Assembly: GCA_051252375.1 (NCBI GenBank)
Contig: JBPOFY010000002.1
Coordinates: 544,001 to 608,000, forward strand
Direction: 5' to 3'
DNA from: Opitutaceae bacterium
GTDB taxonomy: Bacteria; Verrucomicrobiota; Verrucomicrobiia; Opitutales; Coraliomargaritaceae
DNA length: 64,000 bases
In this document: piece after piece, positions 51,935 to 64,000 of the stretch
Numbering within the stretch: position 1 is the first letter of the stretch
How the letters are laid out: every line of letters begins with the position of its first letter
The notes under the pieces: model-generated
What the model saw: only the letters and a program-made list of their open reading frames with translations
Told to the model about the DNA's origin: nothing
Database searches by the model: none
Program-made: the position numbers and the translations under genes

Positions 51935-54364
51935 ATGAAAGTCACCCAAGCATACACTATATGTATCGGATCGATATGCCTACTCTCACTATCTGCAGAA
52001 GAGGCCGACTCCAGTCCAGGCGCCCTCGAAGAATACCATGTGGTCACATCCATACAAACGGACGACAACATCCTCCCCACGAAGCTCCCCGTCAGTTCCG
52101 TCTATGGCACGGATATTAACGTCATTGATACACCGCGAAATGTCACGGTGATCTCAAAAGCCCAACTCGATGCGATCAGTATAAAAGACACGCGCGATTA
52201 CGTAAAACTCACCGCATCCAGCTATACTAGCTCAAATTTCGGCGCACCGACCACACCAAGCATACGTGGTCAAATTGCCGACACTCTCATCAACGGCATG
52301 CGCAAAGGTCTGACCAGTAATGGCAACGGTCTGCCTACGAATTTCAATTCAGTCGAGTCAGTCAACATCTTAAAAGGCCCCCCTTCCGTCATGATGGGTG
52401 TCTCTCAATACGTCGGCGGCTACACAGACCTCATTACCAAAAAGCCCCGCTTTGCGGACAACAGCGGTTACTTCCGATTAACCCTCGATTCAGAAGGTTT
52501 ACAAAAAGCCGAGATCGATCAGAACTGGTCCATCTCTGACAGTTTCGCCATGCGCTTCAGCCTTACCGGAGAAGACAGCTCAGATTACTATTGGGACGAT
52601 TATAAGCGCCAAACTTCCGCCTTTTACGCGGCAGCAGTGTGGATCCCCAACGCCAACTACACACTCGAGGTCAATGGCGAGTATTTCAAAGCCAACTATA
52701 CTGAAAACTTTGGCATCAACCGCCCCACCGATGACCTGCTCAGCAACGGCACTTATGTAACAGGTGTCGGCACTGCCAACGGTTTCGGTGATTCACTCAC
52801 CACGACAGGCACCACCCAAATCAGCCGCACCAAACGTCTCCACGGCCTCGGCGACGATTCCAACGGCGAATACCTCTACCTACAAGCCATCCAAACGATT
52901 GAGGCCAGCGCAGATCTAACAATCGTCAACAACAGTTTCTTCCAATACCTCGACCGCGACACATACAGCTCCTACGCATACTCCGAAGTCATGCGTGACA
53001 ACTACCGCTTCGAAAACCGGACCGAGTTTCAAACAACGGCACATTTCCTCGATTTGTTTCACAATATCAACACCGGCTTCAGCTTCAGCTATCAGAACGT
53101 TTGGTCAGTGAATGATTTCTATCACGAACCAGCCAACGCTTGGGATCTCGCCAATCAAACGCCGAGTGAAATCAGCGTCACCGACGCCAGCGTCTTCAGC
53201 ACCGGCGGATTTTATAATGCCTTCCCGATCTACAGCGAAGCCGCGAGAGGTCAGTTGAGCTACCGCCCCGGAACCACCGCAGCCAACTATTTCGTCAGCT
53301 CTACAGGCGAATTCATCCTCGGCGGTGGCGACGGCAATGACTCGCAGACCACCTCCGTCGGCATCTTTCTTCAGGATGAAATCGAAATCAATGATCGCCT
53401 CACCCTACTCCTCGGCGGACGCCTCGACTACGTTTACGTCCAGTCCGAAGACCCCATGTTCTCAGACATGTTGCGCTACCTCCAAACCATCAACCCTGGC
53501 AACGACTACTCAGAACTCACTCAGGCGAAAGACAGCCATGGCGATATCGTCCCCAATTTCAACGCCGGTGCCGTCTACGCATTGACGGACAACACAAATC
53601 TCTACGCCAACTACAACTACAGCGAATCCATCCCCATTGGACAAGGAGGCGGCGTGCCCCTCGACAGTGAAACCGGGAAGCTCAACGAAGACGGCTTCAA
53701 TACCGCAAGCCATCTCGTAGAAGTCGGGTTCAAATCATCACTCCTCGACGATACCCTCTTTTACACCGCCAACCTCTTTTACCAGACTCGAACCGACCCT
53801 CAGTCGAAAGGTGAAAGATGGAAAGTTGTCGCCTCTGGTTTTGAAACTGAACTCGCCTATCAACCATCGAATGATCTCTACATCATCGCTGGTTACAGCT
53901 TCATCGACTCCGTCACGAAAAATGGTCGCGTGGTCACCGATGCACCCATCAGTTCCGTCGCATCCAGTGGTGGTGTTTACAACTATTCCAGCATCTATGA
54001 ATTCGCAGATTACGATGCCGACTCACCCGGCGTCCCCGAAAGCACACTCAGTGCACTCGCGCTCTATCAACTAACCGATGAACTCTCCGCGAGCCTCGGC
54101 ATAGTCGTCACCTCTCCCATTCCACTTGGTTTTAACGTGCCCGCCTCTGCCACAAACCCATCGATTCAAACCATAACAATCCCGTGGCAATACTCCATCG
54201 ACCTCGGTTTTACCTATGAGACCGAACGCTGGGCGCTCGCCTTAAACATTCTCAATCTCACAGACCAAGAAAACTGGGGCTCTCCGAACCCGATCTACGG
54301 CAACGATTCCGTCTACGCCGAACTTCCCCGCCGGCTCGAACTCGCCGCTACATGGAAGTGGTAA
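51935..54364 (+). CDS. TonB-dependent outer membrane receptor
   Basis: Signal peptide, plug ([24 protein letters not shown]), beta-barrel strands, NILNLTDQ and terminal aromatic residue. Confidence 0.9.
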   Translation: MKVTQAYTICIGSICLLSLSAEEADSSPGALEEYHVVTSIQTDDNILPTKLPVSSVYGTDINVIDTPRNVTVISKAQLDAISIKDTRDYVKLTASSYTSSNFGAPTTPSIRGQIADTLINGMRKGLTSNGNGLPTNFNSVESVNILKGPPSVMMGVSQYVGGYTDLITKKPRFADNSGYFRLTLDSEGLQKAEIDQNWSISDSFAMRFSLTGEDSSDYYWDDYKRQTSAFYAAAVWIPNANYTLEVNGEYFKANYTENFGINRPTDDLLSNGTYVTGVGTANGFGDSLTTTGTTQISRTKRLHGLGDDSNGEYLYLQAIQTIEASADLTIVNNSFFQYLDRDTYSSYAYSEVMRDNYRFENRTEFQTTAHFLDLFHNINTGFSFSYQNVWSVNDFYHEPANAWDLANQTPSEISVTDASVFSTGGFYNAFPIYSEAARGQLSYRPGTTAANYFVSSTGEFILGGGDGNDSQTTSVGIFLQDEIEINDRLTLLLGGRLDYVYVQSEDPMFSDMLRYLQTINPGNDYSELTQAKDSHGDIVPNFNAGAVYALTDNTNLYANYNYSESIPIGQGGGVPLDSETGKLNEDGFNTASHLVEVGFKSSLLDDTLFYTANLFYQTRTDPQSKGERWKVVASGFETELAYQPSNDLYIIAGYSFIDSVTKNGRVVTDAPISSVASSGGVYNYSSIYEFADYDADSPGVPESTLSALALYQLTDELSASLGIVVTSPIPLGFNVPASATNPSIQTITIPWQYSIDLGFTYETERWALALNILNLTDQENWGSPNPIYGNDSVYAELPRRLELAATWKW

Positions 54365-54384
54365 GAGCAAACGAGCTAAAGCTT

Positions 54385-54466
54385 TGGAGGGCAATGCTCT
54401 GTCATTGCCGCAGAAACGCCTAAATGTATCGAACTACAGGCGGTTGCGACGGAGCGCAACCTTCCA
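54385..54466. repeat. REP-like inverted doublet (GGAG family)
   Basis: TGGAG-GGCAATG-CTCTGT-CATTGCC and inverted TGGAA-GGTTGCG-CTCCGT-CGCAACC. Confidence 0.75.
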
Positions 54467-54489
54467 GCTTTCCACCGAATTCCTTCTTA

Positions 54490-54560
54490 TGGTAGGGACA
54501 CGCCTGCCCTCAGGCGTCCGAGGCTGAAGAGAGGACGCCTGAGGGCAGACGTCCCTACCA
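54490..54560. repeat. REP-like inverted doublet (GTAG family A)
   Basis: TGGTAGGGACACGCCTGCCCTCAGGCGTCC...GGACGCCTGAGGGCAGACGTCCCTACCA; matches 15244-15317. Confidence 0.8.
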
Positions 54561-54630
54561 TACACACTTGAGTTTCTTTATAGATAGCGGCTCGCAATAT
54601 CGCTCGAGCTAAGTATAGTTGGCGAAATAT

Positions 54631-57171
54631 ATGGATCTAAGCCGTAAAATACTCACTCTCCTAGGTGCTAAAGACTACATCCCGCTGCGTCGGGAAGAAA
54701 TTGTTGCCGTCCTCAAGCTCAGCCCGGATGAGACGAAAAAAGCACACCGCCTCTTCGATCAGATGCTGGAGAAAGGCGAAATTGCACGCCTCAAGAAAGA
54801 CAAACTCTGCATCCCCGAAGATGCCGACCTCGTCAGTGGACGCATCCTCTTTCGTCAAAGTGGTTCTGCCACACTGATACCCGACAACAAGCCCGGCATG
54901 TCCGTGTCGGATGGCTATCCCGTCTCCCAGGAAGACACCAGCGTGGCAATGCATGGCGACACCGTGCTCGCACGACGTTTGGATAAACCACGTCGCCCAC
55001 AACGCGGTCGTGGCAATCAACGCCCTGTTTACAATCCCAACGAGAAGGAAGGCGTCCGCGTCATCCGTATTTTAAAGCGCGCCCGCGAAATCGTCACTGG
55101 CACACTCGAACAAGGCCGCCACGCGACCTACGTCATCCCCGACGATCCACGTATCATACAAGACATCCTCGTCCCTGATCCCAAAAATTCTGGCATACTC
55201 CCCATTCCTAAAAAGGGCGATAAGGTCGTCGTTAAATTACTAGAATGGAGTCAGCGCCACCTCAACCCGGAAGGCGAAATCACCGAAGTGCTCGGACGCA
55301 CCTACGAACCGGATGCCGAGTTCAAAGCCATCCTCTACAAATTCAATCTCGACCCGAAATTCCCCGCTGCAGTGGAAGATCAAGTCAAAGACGTGCCCGA
55401 TCATGTCCGCGAAGAAGATACTGAAGGCCGCAAGGATTACCGCGACGTCTTCACCTTCACCATCGACCCCGATGATGCCAAGGATTTCGACGATGCCCTC
55501 TCGCTCGAAGAACTCGAAGACGGCAAGACCCGTATCGGCGTCCACATCGCCGACGTCAGCGCCTACGTCAAACCAGGCAGCCCACTCGACGTCGAAGCGC
55601 AAGAACGCGGCAACAGCACTTACCTAGTCGGCACCGTCATCCCCATGCTGCCTCACGCGCTCTCGAACGGGCTCTGCAGTCTGGTCGAAGCGGAAGACCG
55701 CCTGACTAAAACATGCTTTATCACCTACAGCGAACGGGCTGAAGTCATCGACGTTTCCTTTGCCAACACAGTCATCAAGAGCAACAAGCGCCTGACCTAC
55801 AAGCAGGCCTTTGCCTTCATGCAAGAGGACGACCTCGACACTGTTCGCAAGACGCCACTTCCACCCAAGCACCAAACCGGCTCCACTGGCCGCTCACTCG
55901 ACGAAGTCAGCGATCAGGAAATGCAGACACTGCAAAAGCACATCCGCAAACTCTGGGAGATTGCAAATGTGCTTCGTCAAGGCCGCTTCCGTAAAGGCTC
56001 GCTCGACCTCGATATGACCGATGTCAAAATCTACGTCGACGAAGAAGGCTACGCCGACCGGATCGAGAAACAATTCAACGACGAAAGCCACCAACTGATC
56101 GAAGAGTTCATGCTATCTGCCAACGAGCAAGTCGCTCGGGCGATGAAGAAGAACAACTTTCCTTGCGTCTACCGTGTTCACGACGAACCCGAAGAGCAAA
56201 AGCTCAACGAGCTGCGCGAAACAATGATCACCTTCGGGGTGCAATGCGGCAACCTCAACAAGCCGCGCGAGATGTCGGCACTTCTGAAAAAGCTGAAAGA
56301 CCACCCACAAGGTTACACGCTCAAGATCCAAGTGCTACGCAGTCTCAAGCAAGCACAATACCGCGCCAGCGCCGACGGTCACTATGGCCTCGCCAAGCCC
56401 GACTACACTCACTTCACGTCACCGATCCGCCGCTACTCCGATCTCATCGTCCACCGCGTGCTGGACGGCTACATGCACAAGATCGGGGTCGATTCCGCAC
56501 CGGATAAGCCAGAGATCCGTTACACTCAGGGTAAGCTAGAGTCACTCGGCGATCACCTCTGCATCACTGAGCGCAATAGCGTCGATGCCGAACGAGAGTC
56601 CGTCAAAACCAAGCTCCTTGAATTCTTCGAACGTCAAATTGCGAAAGACGCCAAGCAATCTTTCCGAGCGATCATCTCCGACGTTAAAAACCACGGACTT
56701 ATGATCGAACTCACTGAATCACTTGCTTTCGGCATGGTTCATATCTCGACCCTCGACGACGATTTCTACCACCCGACCGAAGACGGCACCGCCCTCGTTG
56801 GCCGCCGCAAGAAAAACACATATACACTTGGTCAATACATTCAGGTTCAAGTCGAACGCGTCGACCGCTTCAAAAGGCAAATTGATTTCCGAGTCGTCAC
56901 ATCCACGGACACCAAGTCTGCGGCAGGCAAATCACCCAGGGACCTTAATGCCCTGCGCAAAGAGCGCCGCGCCAAGCGCGCCAAAAGCGGCGAGCCGAAA
57001 GCAGTCAAACAAGACCGCCCTAAGAAGGCTGACTCCAACACGGCAGCCAAAAAGCGCCCAACAAAGCAGCGCCCGGCAAAGAAACGCCCGGCAAAAAGCA
57101 CTCAACCCGAAGCCACCGCTGAACGCCCGAAGAAATCAGCCAAGCCCTTCAGGCCAAAACGCAACCGATAG
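54631..57171 (+). CDS. rnr: Ribonuclease R
   Basis: [46 protein letters not shown]1 domain and basic tail. Confidence 0.95.
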   Translation: MDLSRKILTLLGAKDYIPLRREEIVAVLKLSPDETKKAHRLFDQMLEKGEIARLKKDKLCIPEDADLVSGRILFRQSGSATLIPDNKPGMSVSDGYPVSQEDTSVAMHGDTVLARRLDKPRRPQRGRGNQRPVYNPNEKEGVRVIRILKRAREIVTGTLEQGRHATYVIPDDPRIIQDILVPDPKNSGILPIPKKGDKVVVKLLEWSQRHLNPEGEITEVLGRTYEPDAEFKAILYKFNLDPKFPAAVEDQVKDVPDHVREEDTEGRKDYRDVFTFTIDPDDAKDFDDALSLEELEDGKTRIGVHIADVSAYVKPGSPLDVEAQERGNSTYLVGTVIPMLPHALSNGLCSLVEAEDRLTKTCFITYSERAEVIDVSFANTVIKSNKRLTYKQAFAFMQEDDLDTVRKTPLPPKHQTGSTGRSLDEVSDQEMQTLQKHIRKLWEIANVLRQGRFRKGSLDLDMTDVKIYVDEEGYADRIEKQFNDESHQLIEEFMLSANEQVARAMKKNNFPCVYRVHDEPEEQKLNELRETMITFGVQCGNLNKPREMSALLKKLKDHPQGYTLKIQVLRSLKQAQYRASADGHYGLAKPDYTHFTSPIRRYSDLIVHRVLDGYMHKIGVDSAPDKPEIRYTQGKLESLGDHLCITERNSVDAERESVKTKLLEFFERQIAKDAKQSFRAIISDVKNHGLMIELTESLAFGMVHISTLDDDFYHPTEDGTALVGRRKKNTYTLGQYIQVQVERVDRFKRQIDFRVVTSTDTKSAAGKSPRDLNALRKERRAKRAKSGEPKAVKQDRPKKADSNTAAKKRPTKQRPAKKRPAKSTQPEATAERPKKSAKPFRPKRNR

Positions 57172-57221
57172 CGCGGTTCAAGCTCCTCTCTTGCTAGCAT
57201 TGAGGCCTTGGGGACAGAACC

Positions 57222-58169
57222 ATGAACAAAGACAAGATACTTTCTGCTCTGGCAGCGATCGGCATCACTGCGATTGCGGCACTGTTCATGGCGATGCTCT
57301 CCGCCGAAACGCTTGAAGTATATGGCTCTGGGATTTTCATCGTCACCCCTATGGTGTGCGGGGCGATTTCCGTCCTCATTTATAATCGAAAGGGAAACAA
57401 GCGATTGGGCGAATCAGTCTTGGTGTCGCTCATCACTGGCGGCATGACGCTTCTCGGATTCATGGTCGTGGGCTTCGAAGGGCTGATTTGCATAGCGATG
57501 TCGGCGCCTATCGTGCTGCCTCTGTTTATTGTTGGCGGGCTTTTAGCCTACCCACTCTCACGCGCACTGGCCCGAAAGCTTTACTCGGACTTAACCACTC
57601 TGTTACTGATTGCCTTCGTGCCGTTGTTTATGGGTTTCGAGTCGCAACAGCCGCAAACGCCGAAGACTCGCAGTGTAACGACTACGGTAATTATCGACGG
57701 GAATATTGACGAAGTCTGGAAGGAAGTGATCGAGTTCTCCCCCATTCCCGAACCCGACGAGTTTCTCTTTCGTATCGGGATCGCCTACCCTACGCACGCA
57801 GAAATTAAAGGAGAAGGTGTTGGCGCGATCCGCTATTGCAACTTTTCCACCGGCTCCTTCGTTGAACCGATCACTCACTGGGAGGAGAATGAACGCCTTG
57901 CCTTCGACGTGACAGAGCAACCCACTCCGCTGACCGAGATCTCACCTTACGTCGGCATTCATCCTCCACATTTAGACTGGGCGATTCGCTCCGAAAAAGG
58001 CGAGTTTCGCCTCAAAGATCTAGGCAATGGTCGTATCGAGCTAACTGGCACCACATGGTTTCACACTGTCATGGAACCCCAATCCTATTGGGGATGGCTG
58101 AGCGATTATATGATCCACGCAATTCACCACCGTGTCTTGAATCACATCAAGCAGACAGTGGAAGAGTAA
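57222..58169 (+). CDS. Membrane protein with C-terminal SRPBCC/polyketide cyclase-like domain
   Basis: Several N-terminal TM helices (EGLICIAM), then VTTTVIIDGNIDEVWKEV...IHHRVLNHIK. Confidence 0.7.
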   Translation: MNKDKILSALAAIGITAIAALFMAMLSAETLEVYGSGIFIVTPMVCGAISVLIYNRKGNKRLGESVLVSLITGGMTLLGFMVVGFEGLICIAMSAPIVLPLFIVGGLLAYPLSRALARKLYSDLTTLLLIAFVPLFMGFESQQPQTPKTRSVTTTVIIDGNIDEVWKEVIEFSPIPEPDEFLFRIGIAYPTHAEIKGEGVGAIRYCNFSTGSFVEPITHWEENERLAFDVTEQPTPLTEISPYVGIHPPHLDWAIRSEKGEFRLKDLGNGRIELTGTTWFHTVMEPQSYWGWLSDYMIHAIHHRVLNHIKQTVEE

Positions 58170-58200
58170 AGCCTTAACACTTCTAGTTGTGTTTAAACTC

Positions 58201-58313
58201 GTAGCGCATGGGCGTCGAGGGGTTCACGTCATACCTTCGACAAACTCAGGTCGAGAGAGTGACGTGGCTACATTTCGACAACCTAGCTGTAGCCACGGCA
58301 GTCCCCTGCCGTG
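58201..58313. repeat. Composite REP-like region
   Basis: Minus strand TGTAG-CCACGTCA...TGACGTG enclosing CTTCGACAAACTCAGG, then plus strand TGTAG-CCACGGCA-GTCCCC-TGCCGTG. Confidence 0.6.
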
Positions 58314-58403
58314 TTTCATTTCCAACGCACCCTGCCAACTCAAACATTTCGCGAATTGATATCATATGACAGACAGGAATGTCTGTCTCACAACTAAAAT
58401 GCA

Positions 58404-59957
<1,554 letters not shown>

Positions 59958-60065
59958 TTAAAATATAAGTTAGAAGCTGGATAGCAGAAGTCAGTAGTAG
60001 AATGCAGCCAACAAAGCTGAACTCGCTCGACCTCCTGTGATGGAAGTTCGATGCAGTGTGTGTAA

Positions 60066-61247
60066 CTAGGCCTTTTTGCTTAGTTTTTCAACGTAGCGCT
60101 CGATGCGATTAGTCGCTTCGAGGATGCGGTCATAACTAGTCGAGAAGCTAGCGCGAGCAAAACCCGCACCACTCTCACCAAAGGCTGTGCCCGGCACAAT
60201 CGCGACTTCTTGATCCTCAAGCAGCCCCTTACAGAAGTCGATCGAGCTCATCCCTGACGATTGAATCGACGGGAATGCATAGAACGAACCCTTCGGCAAA
60301 TGACAGTCGAGACCCATTTCGTTGAAACGACGAACAATCAAATCACGGCGATTATGGTAAGCCTCTTTCATCTTGGCGACGGCAGGCGCACCATTTTTAA
60401 GTGCCTCCAAGGCAGCTTCTTGCGAGAGAATTGGCGCGCAAAGCATGCTGTATTGGTGGATCTTCATCATCGCCTCGATCAATGGCTGGGGACCGCAAGC
60501 GTAACCGATGCGGAAGCCAGTCATTGCAAATGCTTTTGAGAAACCGTGCAGGAAGATCGTGCGATCTTTCATACCAGGCAAAGACGCGATGCTGGTGTGC
60601 TCACCTTCAAATGTCAGCTCGGAGTAGATTTCGTCGCTGATAACGAGAAGGTCCTTCTCGACAGCAAACTTGGCAATCTTCTCAAGCTTAGCGCGCTCTG
60701 TCACCCCACCCGTCGGGTTGGTCGGGAAATTAAGAATCAAGACCTTGCAGCCAGGCTCCCAAGCAGCTGCCACACGATCGGGGTCGATCGCAAACTGGTC
60801 TTCTGCCGAGGTCGCCACCTTAATCGGTTTAGCGTGGGTCAGGATAATGCTCGGGCTATAGGAAACGTAGCAGGGCTCGTGATAGAGCACCTTATCGCCC
60901 GGGTTAAGCACGGCGCGCAGCGCAATGTCCAATGCTTCGGACACACCCACCGCGACCAAGATCTCTTTCTCGGGATGATAGCTGATGTCGAAATGGTTTT
61001 CGACGTAGGTGCTGATCTCACGGCGTAGACGAATCAAACCGAGATTATCGGTGTAACTGGTCTTACCCTTTTCCAAAGCAAAGATGGCCGCTTCACGGAT
61101 ATGCCAAGGTGTGACAAAATCAGGTTCACCGATACCAAGCGAGATCGCTTGAGGCATCGCTGCCACAATCGCAAAGAAATCACGGATACCTGAACGAGGC
61201 AGACCCGAAACGTGGTCAGCCACAAAGCGTTGACTTGTATCACTCAT
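60066..61247 (-). CDS. Class I/II PLP-dependent aminotransferase
   Basis: SLGIGEPDF, NFPTNPTG, SDEIY, GFSKAFAMTGFRIG. Confidence 0.93.
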   Translation of the reverse strand: MSDTSQRFVADHVSGLPRSGIRDFFAIVAAMPQAISLGIGEPDFVTPWHIREAAIFALEKGKTSYTDNLGLIRLRREISTYVENHFDISYHPEKEILVAVGVSEALDIALRAVLNPGDKVLYHEPCYVSYSPSIILTHAKPIKVATSAEDQFAIDPDRVAAAWEPGCKVLILNFPTNPTGGVTERAKLEKIAKFAVEKDLLVISDEIYSELTFEGEHTSIASLPGMKDRTIFLHGFSKAFAMTGFRIGYACGPQPLIEAMMKIHQYSMLCAPILSQEAALEALKNGAPAVAKMKEAYHNRRDLIVRRFNEMGLDCHLPKGSFYAFPSIQSSGMSSIDFCKGLLEDQEVAIVPGTAFGESGAGFARASFSTSYDRILEATNRIERYVEKLSKKA

Positions 61248-61729
61248 TAGGGGCTGACGGAGGGTTTGTCCCCGCTCTCTGTGGGTGAAAGTAACAAATG
61301 CCCCTGCTCCTTATAAGCACGCAGCATAAAGTGAGTCGCCGTGGAATGCACGCCTTCGACACTGGCGAGGCGTTCTGACACGAAAGAAGCCACTTCGCGT
61401 AAATTCTTACCGATGGCAAAAATCAACAAATCGTAGCTGCCTGACATCAGGTAGCAGGACTCTACAGCCTCAAACTGGCTGATCCGCGCTGCTAGGCGAT
61501 CAAAGCCGCCATCACGCTCAGGGCTGATCCGGACCTCGATGACCGCTCGGACGACATCCTCTTGCGCGCGCTCAGGATTGAACACGGGGCGCCAGCCGAG
61601 AAGGATTTTCTCAGCTTGAAGGCGCGCGATTTCAGCCGACACCTCCGCCTCGGACAGATCAAGGATCTGGGCCAATTGGGCAGTGTCGAGGCTTTCACCT
61701 TCGAGAAGTAGTTGCAGAACGGAACTCAT
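61247..61729 (-). CDS. Lrp/AsnC family transcriptional regulator
   Basis: N-terminal HTH, YLMSGSYDL, TATHFML; coupled to the aminotransferase as in the Bacillus yugG-yugH pair. Confidence 0.9.
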   Translation of the reverse strand: MSSVLQLLLEGESLDTAQLAQILDLSEAEVSAEIARLQAEKILLGWRPVFNPERAQEDVVRAVIEVRISPERDGGFDRLAARISQFEAVESCYLMSGSYDLLIFAIGKNLREVASFVSERLASVEGVHSTATHFMLRAYKEQGHLLLSPTESGDKPSVSP

Positions 61730-61841
61730 AAGCGCGGGAGTAAATGCAGATATAGTTCAAAAAGCAAATATGCAAAATGAGAATTTCAAAGGCCCACATT
61801 ACGGACAATTGCCCCGAACAAGCAGCTATTCTTAGACTAAA

Positions 61842-64000
61842 TCAGACCTGAGGCTGTAATTCCTCTTCAATTTCTGCCGCTAAAACGTGTAGCTGTTGGA
61901 GCAGCTGTTCTGCCAACTCATCGATGCGCTCCAAATTCTGACGATCACAGGCCAATTCGATATTTCCCGCCAATTCCACACTACGATCGCACATGAAAAC
62001 ACCAGTCACTCCCTTGAGGCTGTGCGCCACAAAGTAGATTTGTTGGTAGTCGCGTGATTTCAAGGCGCGCTCAAAGCGTGCTATTTCATCCGGTAAAGTG
62101 CGGATAAATATTTCAGCCACCGCCATGAGATCCTCCACATCTTGACTATCTAATTCCGAGATGCGTTCCGAAAAACTCCCGGCGTGCTCCTCTTGTTCGA
62201 CTGTAAAAGTCTCCAATTCGCGAATGCCTCGGTCATCGACCGCCTCCAACACCTCCTTCAAATGCTCTGCCTTAAAGGGCTTAGAGATATAATTGTTCAT
62301 CCCCGACCTCAAGCAACGCTCGCGGTCGCCCTTCATCGCATGCGCTGTCATCGCGATGATATGGATCGGTGACCGACCTTCTTTCGATTCTAGAATACGA
62401 ATGCGACGCGTGGTCTGATAGCCATCCATTTCCGGCATTTGAATATCCATCAAAATACAATCGAAGACCTCCCGTTTAAGTAGCTCCAAAACGCGCAAAC
62501 CATTTTCTGCCACCGTCACTGTGTGCCCCAACTTCTCGAGGCGGCGGCAAGCAATTTTCTGATTAATGTCATTATCCTCAGCCAACAATACATTGAGGCC
62601 ACCAGTAGCGATCTCCTCATCAGATATGACAGGTGCTTTGCGGGCTTCAGGGCCATCCACTTCAAAAGTTTCAAGTATCACTTCCAGTAAAGTGGTTCGT
62701 CGAACTGGCTTCGACAATGCTCTGCAAATTCCAATTCTCTTTGCCCGCTCCGCATCGTCTCGCCCTAATGCCGAGGACAACATGATGATGCGACTCTCAC
62801 TCATGTCAGGTCGATTGCGCACGAGCCCAGCCAAATCCAGTCCGCTGAGACCTGGCATCTGCTGGTCCAATAAGATCAATAAATACGGGTCGTTCTCAGA
62901 CACTGCCTGCTCCAGCAAAGCAAGTGCTTCGAGACTATCTTTAGCGCCTGAGCTGCGGTAGCCCCAGCCGGCACACATTTGCTGATAAATATCACGATTC
63001 GTCTGATTATCATCGACGACCAAGACACGCAAACCTGCCAGCTCGGGATTGAATGGAATCGCTTCGGCTCCATTACGTTCTGATCGCGCAAATGGAATAT
63101 CGATCCAGAACTTCGAGCCTTCCCCGGGCACACTCTGCACATGAATATTACCATCCATCAGTTCGGCCAATTCCTTACAAATTGAAAGGCCTAGCCCCGT
63201 GCCACCATATTTCCGTGTCGTCGACATATCCGCTTGAGTGAAGCTGCTAAAGATAGCTTCACAGCGAGACGCCTCGATTCCGATCCCAGTATCTGCCACC
63301 GAAAAACGGATAAATGCGCTGCTCTCATCGGAGTCGAGCAAATCGGCCTTTATTTCAATTTCACCCGCCTCGGTGAACTTCACCGCGTTACCGATCAAAT
63401 TATATAGTATCTGCTTAATGCGTGTGGGATCCCCCATCACAAAATGCGGCAACGACTCATCGTAACCGACCACAAGCTCGACTCCTTTTTTCCGTGTCAC
63501 TGGGGAAAACTCATCGGCAACGTCTTCCAATAAAGAGCGCGGGCAGAAATTTAATTTTTCCAGATTCAGTTGCCCTGCTTCGATCTTAGAGAAATCGAGC
63601 ACATCATTGATCAAAGACATCAATGTGCTGCTACACTGCGTGACCGTATCCAAATAGTCTCGTTGCTCTGGATCCAAGCGCGTCTCTTGGCACAACTCCG
63701 AAGCACCGATAATACCATTGATCGGCGTGCGAATTTCATGACTCATCGCCGCGAGGAATTCACCCTTCGCTCGGCTTGCCGCTTTAGCTTCAATAATCGC
63801 TTCGCGCAAATCGGACTCAGTCTTTTTCAAGTCGCTGATATCACGAGCCACACTCACAGAACCAACAATAAACCCTTCACTACTGCGCACAGGAACGGTG
63901 GTCATTTGCAACCAATGCTCGGTCCCGTTTTTAAATTTAAACAAAGATACCTGATTCACAGAAGGTATCCCCCCAGTGATTACCTGCTGATCAATCTCAC
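61842..64000 (-). CDS. Hybrid histidine kinase (PAS/PAC-HisKA-HATPase-REC-REC-Hpt), 5'-truncated by the window edge
   Basis: Frame open to the window edge. MSHEIRTPING, GGTGLGLSI, two receiver domains, AHSLKG Hpt motif. Confidence 0.92.
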   Translation of the reverse strand, partial: EIDQQVITGGIPSVNQVSLFKFKNGTEHWLQMTTVPVRSSEGFIVGSVSVARDISDLKKTESDLREAIIEAKAASRAKGEFLAAMSHEIRTPINGIIGASELCQETRLDPEQRDYLDTVTQCSSTLMSLINDVLDFSKIEAGQLNLEKLNFCPRSLLEDVADEFSPVTRKKGVELVVGYDESLPHFVMGDPTRIKQILYNLIGNAVKFTEAGEIEIKADLLDSDESSAFIRFSVADTGIGIEASRCEAIFSSFTQADMSTTRKYGGTGLGLSICKELAELMDGNIHVQSVPGEGSKFWIDIPFARSERNGAEAIPFNPELAGLRVLVVDDNQTNRDIYQQMCAGWGYRSSGAKDSLEALALLEQAVSENDPYLLILLDQQMPGLSGLDLAGLVRNRPDMSESRIIMLSSALGRDDAERAKRIGICRALSKPVRRTTLLEVILETFEVDGPEARKAPVISDEEIATGGLNVLLAEDNDINQKIACRRLEKLGHTVTVAENGLRVLELLKREVFDCILMDIQMPEMDGYQTTRRIRILESKEGRSPIHIIAMTAHAMKGDRERCLRSGMNNYISKPFKAEHLKEVLEAVDDRGIRELETFTVEQEEHAGSFSERISELDSQDVEDLMAVAEIFIRTLPDEIARFERALKSRDYQQIYFVAHSLKGVTGVFMCDRSVELAGNIELACDRQNLERIDELAEQLLQQLHVLAAEIEEELQPQV

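Noticed and set aside
63063..63072. TTCGGCTCCA matching the tRNA-Thr 3' end as a possible attR
   Set aside because: Only 10 bp, inside an intact kinase gene, with core genes (rnr, der) in between; likely chance.

Overview
Bacterial chromosomal segment, most likely from a marine Verrucomicrobiota (Opitutales, Coraliomargarita/Lentimonas-like). This is inferred from gene content and protein style, not from a database search. The backbone is housekeeping: pyrH-frr-proB, fabI/fabZ-like, yqgF, manC, ppiD-like, galM, uup, rnr, der, an Lrp-aminotransferase pair and three tRNAs (Gln-TTG, Arg-ACG, Thr-CGT). It also holds a TPR-ExbB-ExbD-ExbD operon, two PilT-type ATPases and a MoxR/VWA (Bat-like) operon. 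Notable accessory features: (1) an integrase-less mini-integron (attI-like site, one 317-bp gene cassette, well-formed attC) bracketed by an inverted pair of 15-bp tandem repeats at 23.7-24.4 kb; (2) an orphan protein beside tRNA-Thr carrying the R-S-E ADP-ribosyltransferase motif set with an unusual T-x-E catalytic loop; (3) a YHYH-sulfatase fusion next to an MbnP-MbnH (di-heme peroxidase) fusion, a GH16 and a second sulfatase; (4) an AbrB-PIN toxin-antitoxin module bounded by REP-like hairpins; (5) many distinct GTAG/GGAG REP-like doublets with compensatory stem changes, plus several 6-7-nt tandem-repeat tracts in intergenic spaces. No CRISPR array, rRNA, transposase or integrase gene was seen. 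All product calls come from motif recognition by eye.
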